64,000 nt of DNA from the NCBI RefSeq assembly GCF_004010195.1, contig NC_057742.1:2896714-2960713 (forward strand), given 5' to 3'. The stretch comes from Chiloscyllium plagiosum (taxonomy: Eukaryota). The position numbers and the translations under genes are program-made. This document shows positions 24,429-38,224 of this stretch, one piece after another (positions within the stretch are counted from its first letter, which is position 1; the number at the start of each line of letters is the position of its first letter). The notes beneath the pieces are model-generated. The model did no database searches. It worked only from the letters and a program-made list of their open reading frames with translations, and had not been told where the DNA came from.

Positions 24429-25959
24429 GCTCAGTCTAGTTGGAACATGAGCAGCTCTGTAGTAAGCCAGTCTGAATGAGGGGGCAGCTATGAGACATGA
24501 GCTGATGACCTTGTAATTAAGTGTCAAGTGCTCAACCACTTTAGGCAGCAGACAGTTCCCAACTCTCGTCCTACACACTGGATAAATTTACAGAGAAGCT
24601 TTTAAATCTTAATTCTCAGAAGAATACGGGGGAAGGAGGTTAGGGGTTTTTTTGTAAAAAAAAGGAGGAGATTGTGCTGAAGTTGCTGGAGTCTGATGTT
24701 TCACCGAGATCATGCAGGGAGCAAGGAGCTTTATACTTCAAACAGGAGTGGGGGAGAGAAGGTGACTCAATAACATTCTGCATTTATATAGCATCTTAAA
24801 GCCCTCCCAAGCTGCTTTTCATTTTGTAAACTTGATCCCAAACAGATTTAGGAGACATTAGACCAAAATCTTGACAAAAGAGGTCAATCTTAAGATATGT
24901 CTAAAGACAGATAGAGAGTGAGAGACAGGGAGGATTAGGGTAAAATGATGAACAATTGCTGTACAGGAGTTGGCAGGACAAGCACTATTTATTTATTTAT
25001 CAGTTCACTTATTATTGATCAACAAGATGTCAGCGATATTCCACTGCCAGTGAGTCAGAGGTTAGGGGTACACACCCCACTGCAGAGAATCCCAGCTGAC
25101 AGGCATGGTGAAGTGAGGGAGGGAGTGCTGCCTCAGCGGAGTGGACTCGATGGGCCAAATGGCCTTACTTCCACCCCCAAGTCTTATGGTCTTATGGTTA
25201 GGGGTGCTGTTGTTGTAGCATTGCTAAATGTCAGGTGTTTCTCCATGGCTTCTCCCCTCCCTCTCTCTAATCACCTCCAGTCCCATAACCCACTGAGATC
25301 ACAGTGATCCACTGATTATGGCCCCTGATTCTCACTGCTCCCCCACTGGTGGCCATTCCTTCAGTCCTGGGTTCTGAGCTCTGGGATCTCCTCCCGAAAC
25401 CTTCTCCATTTCTCTCCTTTCCTTTAAGTCAACATGTTAAATGCATACCTTTTCAACCTGAACATACCCATGATGCTGTGAGAGAACGTTTATTGGATAA
25501 AATTCTGCCCTTGTGACCAAATGTCTTGGGAACACAAACAGGAAGAAGCCATTCAGTCCATCGAGCCAGATCTGCTATTCCAGATCATGGCTGACACCCT
25601 TTTCAATGCCACTTTCCCATTCGATTACAACAGTGAAGGTGCTAGATGAAGGCGCTAGATGAAGGCATGTTGTTGTTATTGTGGTTGTGGTGGGCTAATT
25701 GACTGTTTGGGGTTTCCCTGTAACAACAACGTTCCCATTTCAAATGCACTTCATTGGCTATAATACTCCCTTTTAGACAGGCAGGAGGCTGGAAGAACAC
25801 AGCCAGCCAGGCAGCATCAGCAGATGGAGAAGTCAACATTCCGGGCACACCCTACCCCTTGGGACATCCTCATAGTGTGGTTGGTGCTATGCAAGGGCTC
25901 GTTTCTGATTTTGTTTTGGATGATTCTTATTAAAGAGCTCAGGTGCCATTGATACCATT

Positions 25960-26425
25960 GAAGCCTTAGAGAGGGTGCAGAGGAGATTAACCAGGATGCT
26001 GCCTGGACTGGAGGGCATGTCTTATGAAGAAAGGTTGAGGGAGCGAGGGCTTTTCTCACTGGAGCAAAGAATGAGAGGCGACTTGATAGAGGTGTACAAG
26101 ATGCTGAGTGGCACAGATAGAGTGGATAGCCAGAGACTTTTTCCCAGGGCGAAAATGGCTATCACAAGGGGATATAATTTAAAGGTGATTGGAGAAAGGT
26201 TTAGGGAAGATGTCTGGAGTAGGTTCTTTATGCAGAGTGTGGTGGGTGCGTAGAATGCTCTGCCAGCATTGATAGTAGAGTCAGATACATTAGGGACATT
26301 TAAGCGACTCTTGGATAGGCACATGGAAGATAGTGCAATGAAGGGTATGTAGGTTAGTCTGGTCTTAAGAGTAAGATAAAAGGCCAGCACAACATCGAGG
26401 GCCGAAGGGCCTGTACTGTTCTATA
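25960..26425 (+). mobile_element. CR1 LINE ORF2 C-terminus plus 3' tail
   Basis: VQRRLTRMLPGLEGMSYEERL..LFSLEQ.MRGDLIEVYK. Confidence 0.95.
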
Positions 26426-29400
26426 CCCTGGACATTGGGAACCTTTAAGGTGTCAACGGAACTGGGAATTAAACACCCAGAAATATTGAGATTAAAAAGG
26501 AACTGCTCAAATGAGAAGACAACACAAAGCAATCAGCACAAAAACAACTGTAAAACTACTTTCTTTCTTTGCAGCATTTGTCTGATTTATTATCCTTAGT
26601 GAACACCAGAGGAGTCACGCAAGTCAGATCACAGTACGATATCCTGGGATAGAGCGGGGAGGTCAAATTCCAGGGCAGGCCCGGAGTTTGTTGCAGGTGG
26701 AGGTAAAAACTCACTGTTTACTACCTACTAAATAACAGTCAGAAAAGCTTCTACCCAGCAACTGGAGATCCACAGTTTTATGGCCAAATTTATGTTGCTC
26801 CTTGTCTCTCTGTCAGCTCAGGTTCAGTCAGGGTTGCATGCCAAGCATTATGTGTCCAACTCTCAACATCAGTCACTGAACTGGTTCAGGAGGGCAATTC
26901 ATGTTATTTAACCAATTGCTCTGAAGCAGCAACCTCAGGATTTTCACCTTCTGCACACTGGCTTCCAATAAAATGGTTTTGATGTCAGGATATAAACCAC
27001 TTTGACCTCAGCCATGGAATTTTGGTTCAGTTTCAAATCAGCCTGTCCCTACATTTTTCATGCAGGCTGCAGTGAGACAGCTTTGCGCTTGTCATGGTTT
27101 ATTGCCCCCTCCCCCCCCACCCCCCAAATGTCCCAAAGGGTATTACACAAAGCTGTCAGGTTGACCAACACAGCAGCCATTTTGTACAACACAAGAGGAT
27201 CAGAAATTCAAACAGGGTGTAACCAACCTTGAGGCATAAAGAGTTCTCGATTGGCCAATCAGTTGGCCCACGCCTCAATCCTTACAGCCCATTGGTCTCA
27301 CTGTGAACACCAGCAGCCTCTTTGACATGTAAATTAAGGGTGTTACTCAGGAATCTTCAGAAGACACCAACGTGTAAAAGACACAGGATCTCTTTGAAAG
27401 AAATGGTTTCTGTGGAGCCAAAAGAAAGCATAGGCATTTCCCAAATCCAGAGGCCTAGTGATTGTCTCCCATGCCTAACCACTGCTGTGCCTCAATACCC
27501 AGTCAGTGCCCACTCAGTACCCACAGCTGATCTGCCAGGGAGTTGCTGGCACTGCACAGCATGTTTCTGTCCAGATGGTAGACAGCAGTGGTCATTGAGA
27601 AGATGTCACCATTCACGTGATGGAATCCCCACCCCTCCCCCCTATCCCCACCCTGTTTCCTGGCTCCCACCAGAATTCCACTTGCTTTCTGTTGCCTTTA
27701 CAATTGTGACCGTCAATCAGAGACCTGATGGTTTGGAGATGTCCCTACCTGCCAGCATCTAGACTGAACTCAGTTCTGGACTGACCTGGTGGTCCAACAA
27801 TGTATTTTTATGTTAAATATTCTAGAACCTGGTGGCCTTGTACATCAGCTCATGCCAATCCATATAACCTCCTCATCCTTCCCACACATCATCCCATTGG
27901 TGGCAGTGCCTTCCCTTTGAATTAAACAGCCTGATGTGCTTGACAGAAATTAATCAGACACAGCCATGAAGAGACGAGAGAGCAAAGGTTTGGCCAGAGA
28001 GCCAGGCCTTAAGGAGAGCAAGTAAGGGAGATTCCACATTCTAAATGCATGGCCCCATGGAAATGAGGGAATGGAAGCATGGATTCCCCAGTTTGGAATA
28101 ATTAATATGGGATATCTCCAGATCAGAGCACAGTGGGTTAATGTATACAATAGTCATTCATTCTATAAAACCTTTGCAATAGCAACAGTTGTGACAGCGT
28201 CTCTTCCTAATACTTTTAAATAACAAACCGAGCTGAGGTTTCTGTAATGTTTTGATTGTGTGTTGGTGAACTGCAGACAGGTCTGATTGCTGTTATCCAT
28301 ACAATGCCATCCTGGACTAACCTGCAATTTATCAGGAGCTGCCCTAGACACATTAAGCTGATCTGAGCAATGTCTCTGCTGTCAAGCTAATAGCACAGTC
28401 TCTAAGCAGGGTTAGTAGTACCATCATGTCTCCGTGACAGTGCAGGAAAAATAACAGCCTCCTCAGTTTGTAACCACAGTGTGCCTGTACTACCTCTCGA
28501 TACTCATTTATCGACGATTTGCTACCAAACAATTTGATGCGGCTGCCATTTTACACCCACATTAAACAGGGATAATAGATAACCTGCAGCAGGCTACACT
28601 TGAGGAGTGCGAGGGAGGACTGTGTTACAAGGTACTCATGTCTAGAGGTTCAGATGGAAGGATAATCCAGAAGGGACATGCTCAACCAGTTCATCAATGT
28701 CTGCCTGACCCCCCAGTGCCCTCAAACACACTTTTCATTTGTTTTACTCAACGTACGGATTTATTATACACAGGCTCTTTTCCTAACAAAAGGTGCTTTA
28801 ACAAAGTGCATGAGAATCTGAAGGCGGCCGAAGAAATACACTTCAAACACACCTTGCCACAGTTATTTACTTGACTCCTGTCAGAGTTCTATTATATCCT
28901 ACAGCTTGAAGAGCCTCAGTTGTTATTTGAATCCTATTATCAGCAGCTCACAATTCCACTTCAAGTTGCAGTAATTTCTGCCATTGCACTCGCTTCCGAT
29001 CTGCCCCTGTTACTGGAGACAATGGATGGGGTTTGGCCTGATAAAGGAATCTCAACACTTTGTTCAGTGTCAGTCCCCTATATACTGAAGGTTATGAGTT
29101 TACCAAAAGAGCTATTACTCACAGCCCTGAAATGCATAATTCCTTTATTGTAACCTTTGGTAATTTTGTCAATCACCTTGTATCGATTCCTGAGAATGTG
29201 GAATAGAATCAGAATTATTTAATTTCACATTTGACCCATTGTGTCTGTACCAGCTCCTGAAAGAATTACCTGGATAGACCCATTCTTCAGCTCCATCTCC
29301 ATAGCCCTCAAACATCATTGCTTTTAAATATATATCTGGCTCTCTTTTCAGACCTACTGTGGAATCTGCCTCCGTGATTCCCCCCAGGCAGCACATTCCA

Positions 29401-29799
29401 AATCTGAACAGCATTCTGAGCAAAGAAGTTCCTCCTCACCTCACTCCTAGCTCTCTATCACAGAGCAGTGAGTGGGGCAAGGGGTTACGGTTTCAGGAGA
29501 GCACACATGACATTGCACTGCCCATATCGCAGACAGTTACCGCCCTGCCGCCCAAGCCTTACCCATTATTCCCCTCACCACCCAACATTCCCTTAGCAAT
29601 CTCCATAACCATCCCTCTCCCCACACCCACCTCTGTCTCCCCTCAAACACTTCACTGTAAAATCCAAACAATGGATTTAAAGACAGATGAACACAGTTAA
29701 TGGTTTCAATGGTCTTTCACAGGGCTGTGGGAATCCAAACATCTAAACTCTCCTTACACGGTCAGATTTTAGGAACGATGTTCAGGCAAAGATAAAATC

Positions 29800-30055
29800 A
29801 AAGTGCTAAAGATGCTGGAAATCCTAACTAAAACAACGGAAAATGCTGGAAAAGCTCAGCATGTCTGGCAGCTTCTGAGAGAACAACCAAGTTAACATCT
29901 TGAGTCTAATTAGACTTTTCATCTGAATTCCGAACATTAAGAGAACATTTTAGTGAAGAGGGAGATTTAGGGGAAGGAATTCGAGAGCTTTGCTCTGATT
30001 CGGTTTCTCTCTCCATAGGTGTTAACAGAACTGCTGAGAGTTTTATGTTTTTAAC
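29800..30055. mobile_element. Degenerate PLE-derived inverted ends
   Basis: gatgctggaaatc...gctggaaaagctcagcatgtctggcagc, with an opposite arm tctctctccataggtgtt...ctgctgag. Confidence 0.5.
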
Positions 30056-31644
30056 CAGACCTTAGGGTTCAGGCAGCTGAAGGTCCGGGTGGAATCAGGA
30101 GTGGTACTGGTCAAAATTAGAGGAAGGTTCTAGAACTGAACAGTGACAGGGAAAGGTAAGGCCATACACCGTGACAATGACTGTTTGTCCAGTAGTGTGT
30201 TCTATGGTGCCCTGAGGTTGTGAAGCAGCCTGATGTAAATCTGTCTGGCCTCTGTCAGAGCTGAGGCTGTTTCGCTTCTTGAACCATCTCCATGTTTTCC
30301 CAGAAGGAGCAGCTCAGACAGATTCCCCTTCACGCAGCTCGAGTTACATGAAACGAGTTACTGCTTCCCTACCTCCCAGCCCCCAACCCTAGAGAGAATC
30401 TACTCACTCAGCAAACATGGCTTCCCCACCTGGCCTCATGGCCATTCCCTGTTGGGGCACTGAAGATTCTTGTTCAAACAGATGACATAGGGTCATCAAA
30501 GAATAATCTTCCACGTGGGAGGGTGACAGAGGACACCACACGGCAACAGACTGAGAGAATATCAACATCATCAATGTTTAGTTCAAGGGAAGAGGGGTCC
30601 TTTGCCAATGTACATGATGAAATACGAGAGGATTGAGTTCACTCTTCTGTTAGGAGTTTTCAGCTTGATTTATGCAGAAATGATTCAATAAATCATGGTG
30701 ACAAGTTAACAACAGCTTAATTTTATATTATCAAAAATTAGAGTCACCATAGTCCTGCCAGTCCCTGGAGCTGCTCTCTCCTCAGACAGTGATGACTGGT
30801 GGTGGTTTAACCTGAGGGCAGAGGTTGAGGAGGAGAGTCCCTGATGGTAACCTCAGCCATTGCACAACACTTTTGGAAACCAGCCATCCAGCCAACTGAG
30901 CTAACCAACACCAGTTGAATGGGAATAATCTTGTTGGGGAGTCAAAGGTGTTTGAGTTTCACTCTACAGCAGGGCTTCCCAAAGTGGGGGTGGGACCCCA
31001 TTTGGGACCACCAGCCGAAATACCAGGGTCCAAGCTCTGAGGCAGCATTGCCCGCGGTGGAGCTTTGACCCAAGTTCGGATAACCCTGCTCCCATACAAA
31101 CAGACTCCCCTCTTCATGAATTCTCCACCCCACTCTCATGTTTCTTACTGAGGTGTTGTGACTATTTGCAAACCTCAATATGGGGCTATAGCAAGAAAAT
31201 ATTCAGGAAGGATTGCTGGACAGTCTTCAGTCTGACACCCTTGGGTGCAGACGTGAGAGTGCTACACTGTCAAGAGATGTTGACTTCTATCTGTGATCTT
31301 AAACCAAAGCCCCACATTCCACCTAAGGACTACGTTAAAGATCTGACAGCATTAGACAAAGGACAGCAGAGTTCACCCTGGAGCCCTGCTCAATACTCAT
31401 CTTCAAATGACATCAGATGAATCAGGGACCGGTCATTGTCATGATGCAGATTATGGGATCTTAGTCCCTTTGCTATAACAGTGACTCCACTTCACTGGCT
31501 GGAACATGTTTTGCAACATCCTGAGTTTGCTAAGAAAATGCAAGCTTCCTTTCTATCATGTTGCTGGGATCCTACATAATTTCTCCTCTTCCCCCAGCTC
31601 GGAGGAACCCAGCTCCTACCTTCCAGTCTTGATGAGAAGCCAGC

Positions 31645-31790
31645 CGATGCCAGGTTTTAGTCCAACAGGTTCATTTCACAGCGATGCTCCGAAAGCTGGT
31701 GATTTCAAATAAACCTGTCAGACTATAACCTGGTGTCGGCTGGCTTCTGACCTTGGCCACCCCAGTCCAACACTGGCACCTCCACATCAT
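31645..31790. mobile_element. Fold-back PLE derivative (family C), partial
   Basis: ccaggttttagtccaacaggtt / aacctgtcagactataacctgg; gctccgaaagct; 3' end ccagtccaacactggcacctccacatca. Confidence 0.7.
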
Positions 31791-32384
31791 TCCAGTGTTG
31801 GTCTGACCTTTCACACTGAATGTCTTGAGGCTTTCTGAATAACTCAGCTCAGATAACCATCTACAAAGCTTCGATGCTCTAAGGCTTGACTTCTTGCCGG
31901 CGGAGGAAGGGAGTCTGCTGCCGGAATGGATGATGTGGCTTCCATTTTCCCTCCGGAGCCTGGATTCGAATCCAGTGCCGGGTGATGTGAGCACTCTCTC
32001 TCCCACCAGGTGTACTCAACTGGAAGGCAAGGAGTTGATTAATCTGAAACAGATGCTCAGAGTGGAGTGTAGCACATCACGAGGGGCCAATCAGAAACTG
32101 CACACACACTTCTTCGTAATGTTCTCTCGGTTTCATTTTAATTTTTAATTCAATGCAGCAATTCTGGAATTCTCCACAATCAATGGAGGCAATGCACAGT
32201 CTGAAATAACACAACGTTGACAATCTGAAACTAACAAACTGGGGAGATAATTGCCAGGGCAAATGGGAAGACCCATATCAGAAGTTGGGGGGGGGGGCTC
32301 TAGTTTTGGGATGGACATATATTGATCCAAAAATCCAGGGGATTCCTTACTCTGCATTTAAGCCCCTGTCCCGGAATGTGGGAA

Positions 32385-32695
32385 CAATGTAGAGAGAGCT
32401 TTACTCTGTATCTAACCTCGTGCAGTCCCCTGTCCTAGGAGTGTTTGATGGGGACAGTGTAGAAGGAGCTTTACTCTGTATCTAATTGTGTGTTGTCCCT
32501 GTCCTGGGAGTGTTTGATGGGGACAGTGTAGAAGGAGCTTTATTCTGTATCTAATTGTGTGCTGTCACTGTCTTGGGAGTGTTTGATGGGGATGGTATAG
32601 AGGAGCTTTACTGTCTCACCCCGTGCTATCACAGTCACTGTGCTGTGAATGTTTAGTGGGAACAATGTAGAGGTAGCTTTACTCAGTATCTAACT
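32385..32695 (-). repeat. ~69-bp minisatellite, ~4 units
   Basis: gagctttactctgtatctaa...gggagtgtttgatggggacagtgtaga repeats. Confidence 0.9.
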
Positions 32696-33439
32696 CATTT
32701 TGTTCCTTTTGTGTATGTGTGAGAGACAGCCTAGCATCAGAAGATAAAAATTGGAAGTGTTTGATTCTGTAGCAAATATGTTGAGAGCAGCAATCGTCAA
32801 CAAAGGGGCATTATCAAATTTTGAACCATTATGTTTGATCCTGATAGATGCCCCATTGCCCAGGTCACTCGGTGCCAATCTGTCACTTCTCCCTGAGACA
32901 GACACAAAGGCAATTCAGGAAAATTAATCTTCAAAATTCACGGCTCATCACCATGGTATCACCACGTTCCCTGTTCACATTCCCACTAGACTCAAACCGA
33001 AGATCAGGTGTTCAATGTGTGAGGAAATTCCGACTGCAAATTCTAGCCTAATGGTCCAGGAGGTTATCAGAAACAGAACCACAGCCTCAACCTCAAAGCG
33101 GAACATGGTGGCTGAACAATATATCTGATTCTTTTTGCTCACATTACCACCACAAGCAGCTTTGCACTAACACAGAATATCATCACTGATGGATGAATGA
33201 ACAAGTGAAGCAAGAGAAGGAAGGTAATAATGAAAGATGGACAGAATAGAATTTGTATTACAGTTTTAATAACTTTGGAAAATTCCAATACAGTCAATGA
33301 AACACTTCTGAATATAGCTGCTGTTGCAATGCAAGAAATACAACAGCCAATTTGCACACAGAAATATCTCACTAAATGCAATGTGATATTAGTCAAACAG
33401 TCTGTTTAATGATGTTGTTTGAAGCATGAATATTGGTTA

Positions 33440-33895
33440 GAGACAAAAAACTGTAGATGCTGGAATCCAAAGTACACAGGCAGGAGGCTGGGGGAACACA
33501 GCAAGGCAGGCAGCACCAGGAGGGACAGGCAGGAGGCTGGGGGGACACAGCAAGGCAGGCAGCATCAGGAGGGACAGGCAGGAGGCTGGGGGAACACAAC
33601 AAGGCAGGCAGCACCAGGAGGGACAGGCAGGAGGCTGGGGGAACACAGCAAGGCAGGTAGCATCAGGAGGTGGAGAAGTTAATGTTTTGGGTGTAACCCT
33701 TCCTCAGGGCTGGCGGAGGGTGTGGGGGGAGCTGCAGATAAAGGGGGTGACGAGGACAGGGTGGTGAAATGGGGATAGGTGAAGGCAGGTAGAAGGTACA
33801 ACCTGGTTGGTCAATGGGAGGAATGAATCCAGTTGGTGGAAGGAAGGGGATGGCATGGGAAGGGAGGTTATTTGAAACTGGAGAACTCAACATTG
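33440..33895 (-). mobile_element. PLE 3' end / pseudo-LTR with an internal 49-bp x4 tandem expansion
   Basis: Unit starts at 33476, 33525, 33574, 33623; decayed HHR CUGAGGA-A-GGGU-UAC-ACCC-AAAACAUU at ~33681-33707(-). Confidence 0.8.
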
Positions 33896-34871
33896 AGTTA
33901 CATTGATTTACTCTGTACAAGGCTGCATCAGGAATCGCTTGGTTTGCAAAGTCACAATTCCCATTGATGAACATCGGATCAGTTTTGATGAGGCAGCCTG
34001 ATGAGGTTTCACAATTTTTGTTTCCAAACTTTTTTGCAGTCGCAAAGAAATAGTTGCCTTCAACAAATGGAACTGCAAAATACCAAGTCTTTGCAAAACC
34101 CAAGAAACTGGAGTTAATAATGGCATAATTTATTTTGGTTGATATTATGGGAACACAATTGGACTGTGACAGACAAATAAATAACTTGGATCAGTTCTCA
34201 GTAAAAGGAGGAGATTTGGAAAGTGGAATGCTTTGTTGAAATGTGGACTGATTCGAGGGTCAGGAAGGATTACCAGCAATACCTGCTCTGCAATAACCTG
34301 CTCAGTGATGCCCAGTTTGGGTTCTGCCAGGGTCACTCAGCTGCTGACCTCATTACTGCCTTCATTCAAACATGGACAAAAAGCTGAACTCCAGAGGGGA
34401 CAGAAGAGTGACAGTCTTGACATCAAGGAGTCATTTGATTGGGTGCAGTTTCAAGGAGCATTAGGAAAACTGGATTCTGCGGGAATCAGTGGAAAACTCT
34501 CTCTGGATGGAGTAATACCTGGTATAATGGTTGGAGGTCAGTCAGTCACCACAGCTCCAGGACATCTCTGCCAGAGTTCCTCAGGGCAGTATCCTTGGCC
34601 CAACCATCTTCAGCTGCTTCATCAATGACAATCCTCCATCATAAGGTCAGAAGTGGGGATTTTCACCAATGATTGCACAATGTTTCAGTACCATTTGCAA
34701 CTCCTCAGACACTGAAGCAGTCAGTGTTCAAATCCAGCAAAATTTGAACAATACCTAGGCTCGGGCTGACTAATTAACATTCACATCATTAAGAGCCAGG
34801 AAATGATTCTCTCCAACAACAAAAAATTCTAACCAATCCAATCTCTGATATTCAAAGGCATTACCATTACT

Positions 34872-36460
34872 CAAAGTTTGTGCGAAGATTTGTAGCTCGG
34901 GTGCTCGTTGTTGTGGTTCTGTTCGCCGAGCTGGAAGTTTTTGTTGCAAACGTTTCATCCCCTGGCTAGGCGACATCATCAGTGCTTGGGAGCCTCCTGC
35001 GAAGCGCTTCTTTGATGTTTCCTCCGGTGTTTATAGTGGTCTGTCCCTGCCACTTCCGGTTGTCGAAGCGCTTCGCAAGAGGCTCCCAAGCACTGATGAT
35101 GTCGCCCAGCCAGGGGACGAAACGTTTGCAACAAAAACTTCCACCTCGGCGAACAGAACCACANNNNNNNNNNNNNNNNNNNNNNNNNNNNNNNNNNNNN
35201 NNNNNNNNNNNNNNNNNNNNNNNNNNNNNNNNNNNNNNNNNNNNNNNNNNNNNNNNNNNNNNNNNNNNNNNNNNNNNNNNNNNNNNNNNNNNNNNNNNNN
35301 NNNNNNNNNNNNNNNNNNNNNNNNNNNNNNNNNNNNNNNNNNNNNNNNNNNNNNNNNNNNNNNNNNNNNNNNNNNNNNNNNNNNNNNNNNNNNNNNNNNN
35401 NNNNNNNNNNNNNNNNNNNNNNNNNNNNNNNNNNNNNNNNNNNNNNNNNNNNNNNNNNNNNNNNNNNNNNNNNNNNNNNNNNNNNNNNNNNNNNNNNNNN
35501 NNNNNNNNNNNNNNNNNNNNNNNNNNNNNNNNNNNNNNNNNNNNNNNNNNNNNNNNNNNNNNNNNNNNNNNNNNNNNNNNNNNNNNNNNNNNNNNNNNNN
35601 NNNNNNNNNNNNNNNNNNNNNNNNNNNNNNNNNNNNNNNNNNNNNNNNNNNNNNNNNNNNNNNNNNNNNNNNNNNNNNNNNNNNNNNNNNNNNNNNNNNN
35701 NNNNNNNNNNNNNNNNNNNNNNNNNNNNNNNNNNNNNNNNNNNNNNNNNNNNNNNNNNNNNNNNNNNNNNNNNNNNNNNNNNNNNNNNNNNNNNNNNNNN
35801 NNNNNNNNNNNNNNNNNNNNNNNNNNNNNNNNNNNNNNNNNNNNNNNNNNNNNNNNNNNNNNNNNNNNNNNNNNNNNNNNNNNNNNNNNNNNNNNNNNNN
35901 NNNNNNNNNNNNNNNNNNNNNNNNNNNNNNNNNNNNNNNNNNNNNNNNNNNNNNNNNNNNNNNNNNNNNNNNNNNNNNNNNNNNNNNNNNNNNNNNNNNN
36001 NNNNNNNNNNNNNNNNNNNNNNNNNNNNNNNNNNNAACACCGGAGGAAACATCAATGAAGCGCTTCGCAGGAGGCTCCCAAGCACTGATGCTGTCGCCTA
36101 GCCAGGGGACGAAACGTTTGCAACAAAAACTTCCAGCTCGGCGAACAGAACCACAACATACCCCTTGTTTCATTAGAGTCAGTCTCGGTACCAGAAACTT
36201 GGCTGCTCATGCTACATTCCCCTGAGAGTTCATCCACAAACTCCATCAACAAACACATCGACCTGGACCCAATATACCAACCACTACAGCGGACAGCTGA
36301 AACTGACAACCGGAAGCGGCAGGGACAGACCACTATAAACACCGGAGGAAACATCAAAGAAGCGCTTCGCAGGAGGCTCCCAAGCACTGATGATATCGCC
36401 TAGCCAGGGGACGAAACGTTTGTAACAAAAACTTCCAGCTCGGCGAACAGAACCACAACA
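34872..36460. mobile_element. Young PLE pseudo-LTR array (one inverted plus at least three direct copies, each with an HHR), spans gap
   Basis: Near-identical CpG-rich copies; endonuclease C-terminus STNSINKHIDLDPIYQPL at ~36230; TSD atta(c/t)cattact at 34860-34871 and 36461-36472. Confidence 0.9.
35090..35129 (+). ncRNA. Minimal type-I hammerhead ribozyme motif
   Basis: GCA-CUGAUGA-U-GUCGCC...GGGGAC-GAAA-CGUU-UGC; sister cores at 34949-34982(-), 36085-36118(+, A9 mutated to C), 36387-36420(+). Confidence 0.75.
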
Positions 36461-37451
36461 ATTATCATTACTATTAACATCCTGCAAATTACCAATTACC
36501 AGAAACAGAACTGAACTAGCCAGGTAAGTATTGTGGTTACATGACCAGGTTAGGGACTAGGAATCCTGCAGTGAGTAACTCACCTCCTGACTCCTCAAAG
36601 CCTGTCCACTATCACCAAGGCACATGACAGGAGTGTAAGGGAACACTCCCCACTTGCCTGGGTGAGTTCAACTCCAACAACATTCAAGAAGCTTGACACC
36701 ATCCAGGACAAAGCAGCCCACTCATTTGGCTCCACATCCTTCCCTCAGCCCCAGTGTACAATGGCAGCAGTGTGTACCAACTACAAGGTGCACCAAGGTA
36801 ACTCACCTTAGACAACCCATGTCAATGCCACAACCACTTCCATCTCAAAGGCCAAAGCTAACTGATACATAGGAACACTGCCCCCTGCAAGTTCCCCTCC
36901 AAGCCACTCACCATCCTGACTTGGAAATACATTGCTGTTGCTTCAGCATCACTGAATCAAAGTTCCAAGAACTCTCTCCCTGACAGCATTGTGGGTGTAC
37001 CAACATTCCCAGGTGTGTAGCAGTTCAAGAAGCTCACCACCACCTTCACACAGGGAAATCAATGATAGCAGATGTTCCAGCCAGTGACACCTACATGACA
37101 TGAACTTCTTATGAAGAGCCAAAATAGTGGTGTCCCCTCAGGGCTCCATGCTCAAGCCAATGCCTGAGGTACAGCAACATGTTCGAGAGACGTTGACAGG
37201 TTGAATTCCCAGTCTGGTTGGTCTTCTCTAACTGACCTCATCTGTCCAGGATTAGGGATTGGAGACCTCAGGCTAGGTTCAATAAAATTCTTGGAGGAGG
37301 GGCGTGGGCTTTTGGCACTGTGGTAGTGTCTTGACCTCTAACCTAGAAGGTCCAGATTCAATCCCAAACCTGCCCCAAAGGTATGTTATCAGAGTCCAAA
37401 CAGACTGATTATAAATCGATCCTATGCTTAAAAAAAACCCCAAAGTATTCC

Positions 37452-37593
37452 ATAAGACCATAAGACATAGGAGCGGAAGTAAGGCCATTCGGCCCATCCA
37501 GTCCACTCCGCCATTCAATCATGGCTGATGGGCATTTCAACTCCACTTACCCGCATTCTCCCTGTAGCCCTTAATTCCTTGTGACATCAAGAA
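37452..37593 (-). mobile_element. Young CR1 3' tail
   Basis: (cataagac)n tail; nearly identical to 63736-63876. Confidence 0.88.
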
Positions 37594-38224
37594 ACAGACA
37601 GAAAAATCAGACAAGGTTCAACAAAATGCTGGGGATGGCCCTTGTGGTGCAATAGTAATGTCCTACCTCTGAGCTGAGAGGCCTGGGTTCATGTCCCACC
37701 TGCTTCTGAGTGTGTACTGACATCTCTGAACAGGATAAATAGGAAAAAAAAAAAAAAAAAATCCCAACCAATCAGCCAAGATACCAGGCACAATTCCAGC
37801 ATCACCCTCTTGACAATGTCATTGAATCACAGCATCATTGTGATGCAGTACAGAAGGTGGCCATTCGGTCCATTGAACCCATGGCTGATGATGGGCAAGA
37901 GTGACTTCACACTTGGCCATGAGAGTCCTTTCATGGAACTACAGCCTCCTTATGTTCATGTTACAATACCCTGCGGCTGGGGCTGGGAGTGGGGCTCTAT
38001 GGGCATGGAACCAAAGTGTTGGCAATGCCTACTACCCAATACTCTGGCAGCACTTAAAACATTTAAGAGATTGATATTGGCTGTGAAGAATTTTGAAAAG
38101 TCCTGAAGCTGTAAAAGATGCTGCAGATACCGGAGTTCCAGCATCACATGCCTGAGAAATCACCTACTTCCACAACAAGAGCAGAGAGAAAATATTTCTG
38201 AATAAGCTGATTAACTGAGCAAAA

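Larger units (their letters stand above)
34240..37110 (+). mobile_element. Old CR1/L2-superfamily LINE (second family) RT region and 3' end, interrupted by a PLE array
   Basis: Decayed QFGFCQGHS..DLI, LDIK..FD, VPQGSILGP motifs at 34310-34680; continues 36470-37110; antisense sister copy at 56890-57650. Confidence 0.8.

Noticed and set aside
30455-30636. Open frame after an acceptor-like aaacag (DDIGSSKNN...EIRED*)
   Set aside because: Short, weak polypyrimidine tract, unrecognised peptide.
31960-31975. Perfect 16-bp palindrome ctggattcgaatccag; also tRNA-like heads at 24092 and ~37640
   Set aside because: B-box region of decayed tRNA-derived SINE heads; no complete cloverleaf, so not called tRNA genes.
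33663-34126. 146-aa - strand ORF (GFAKTWYFAVPF...)
   Set aside because: No recognisable domain or supported splice structure; the second half runs into a PLE.
34979-36173. 350-380 aa ORFs
   Set aside because: Artefacts of reading through the N gap; the same applies to the X-filled parts of ORFs at 6279-7039.
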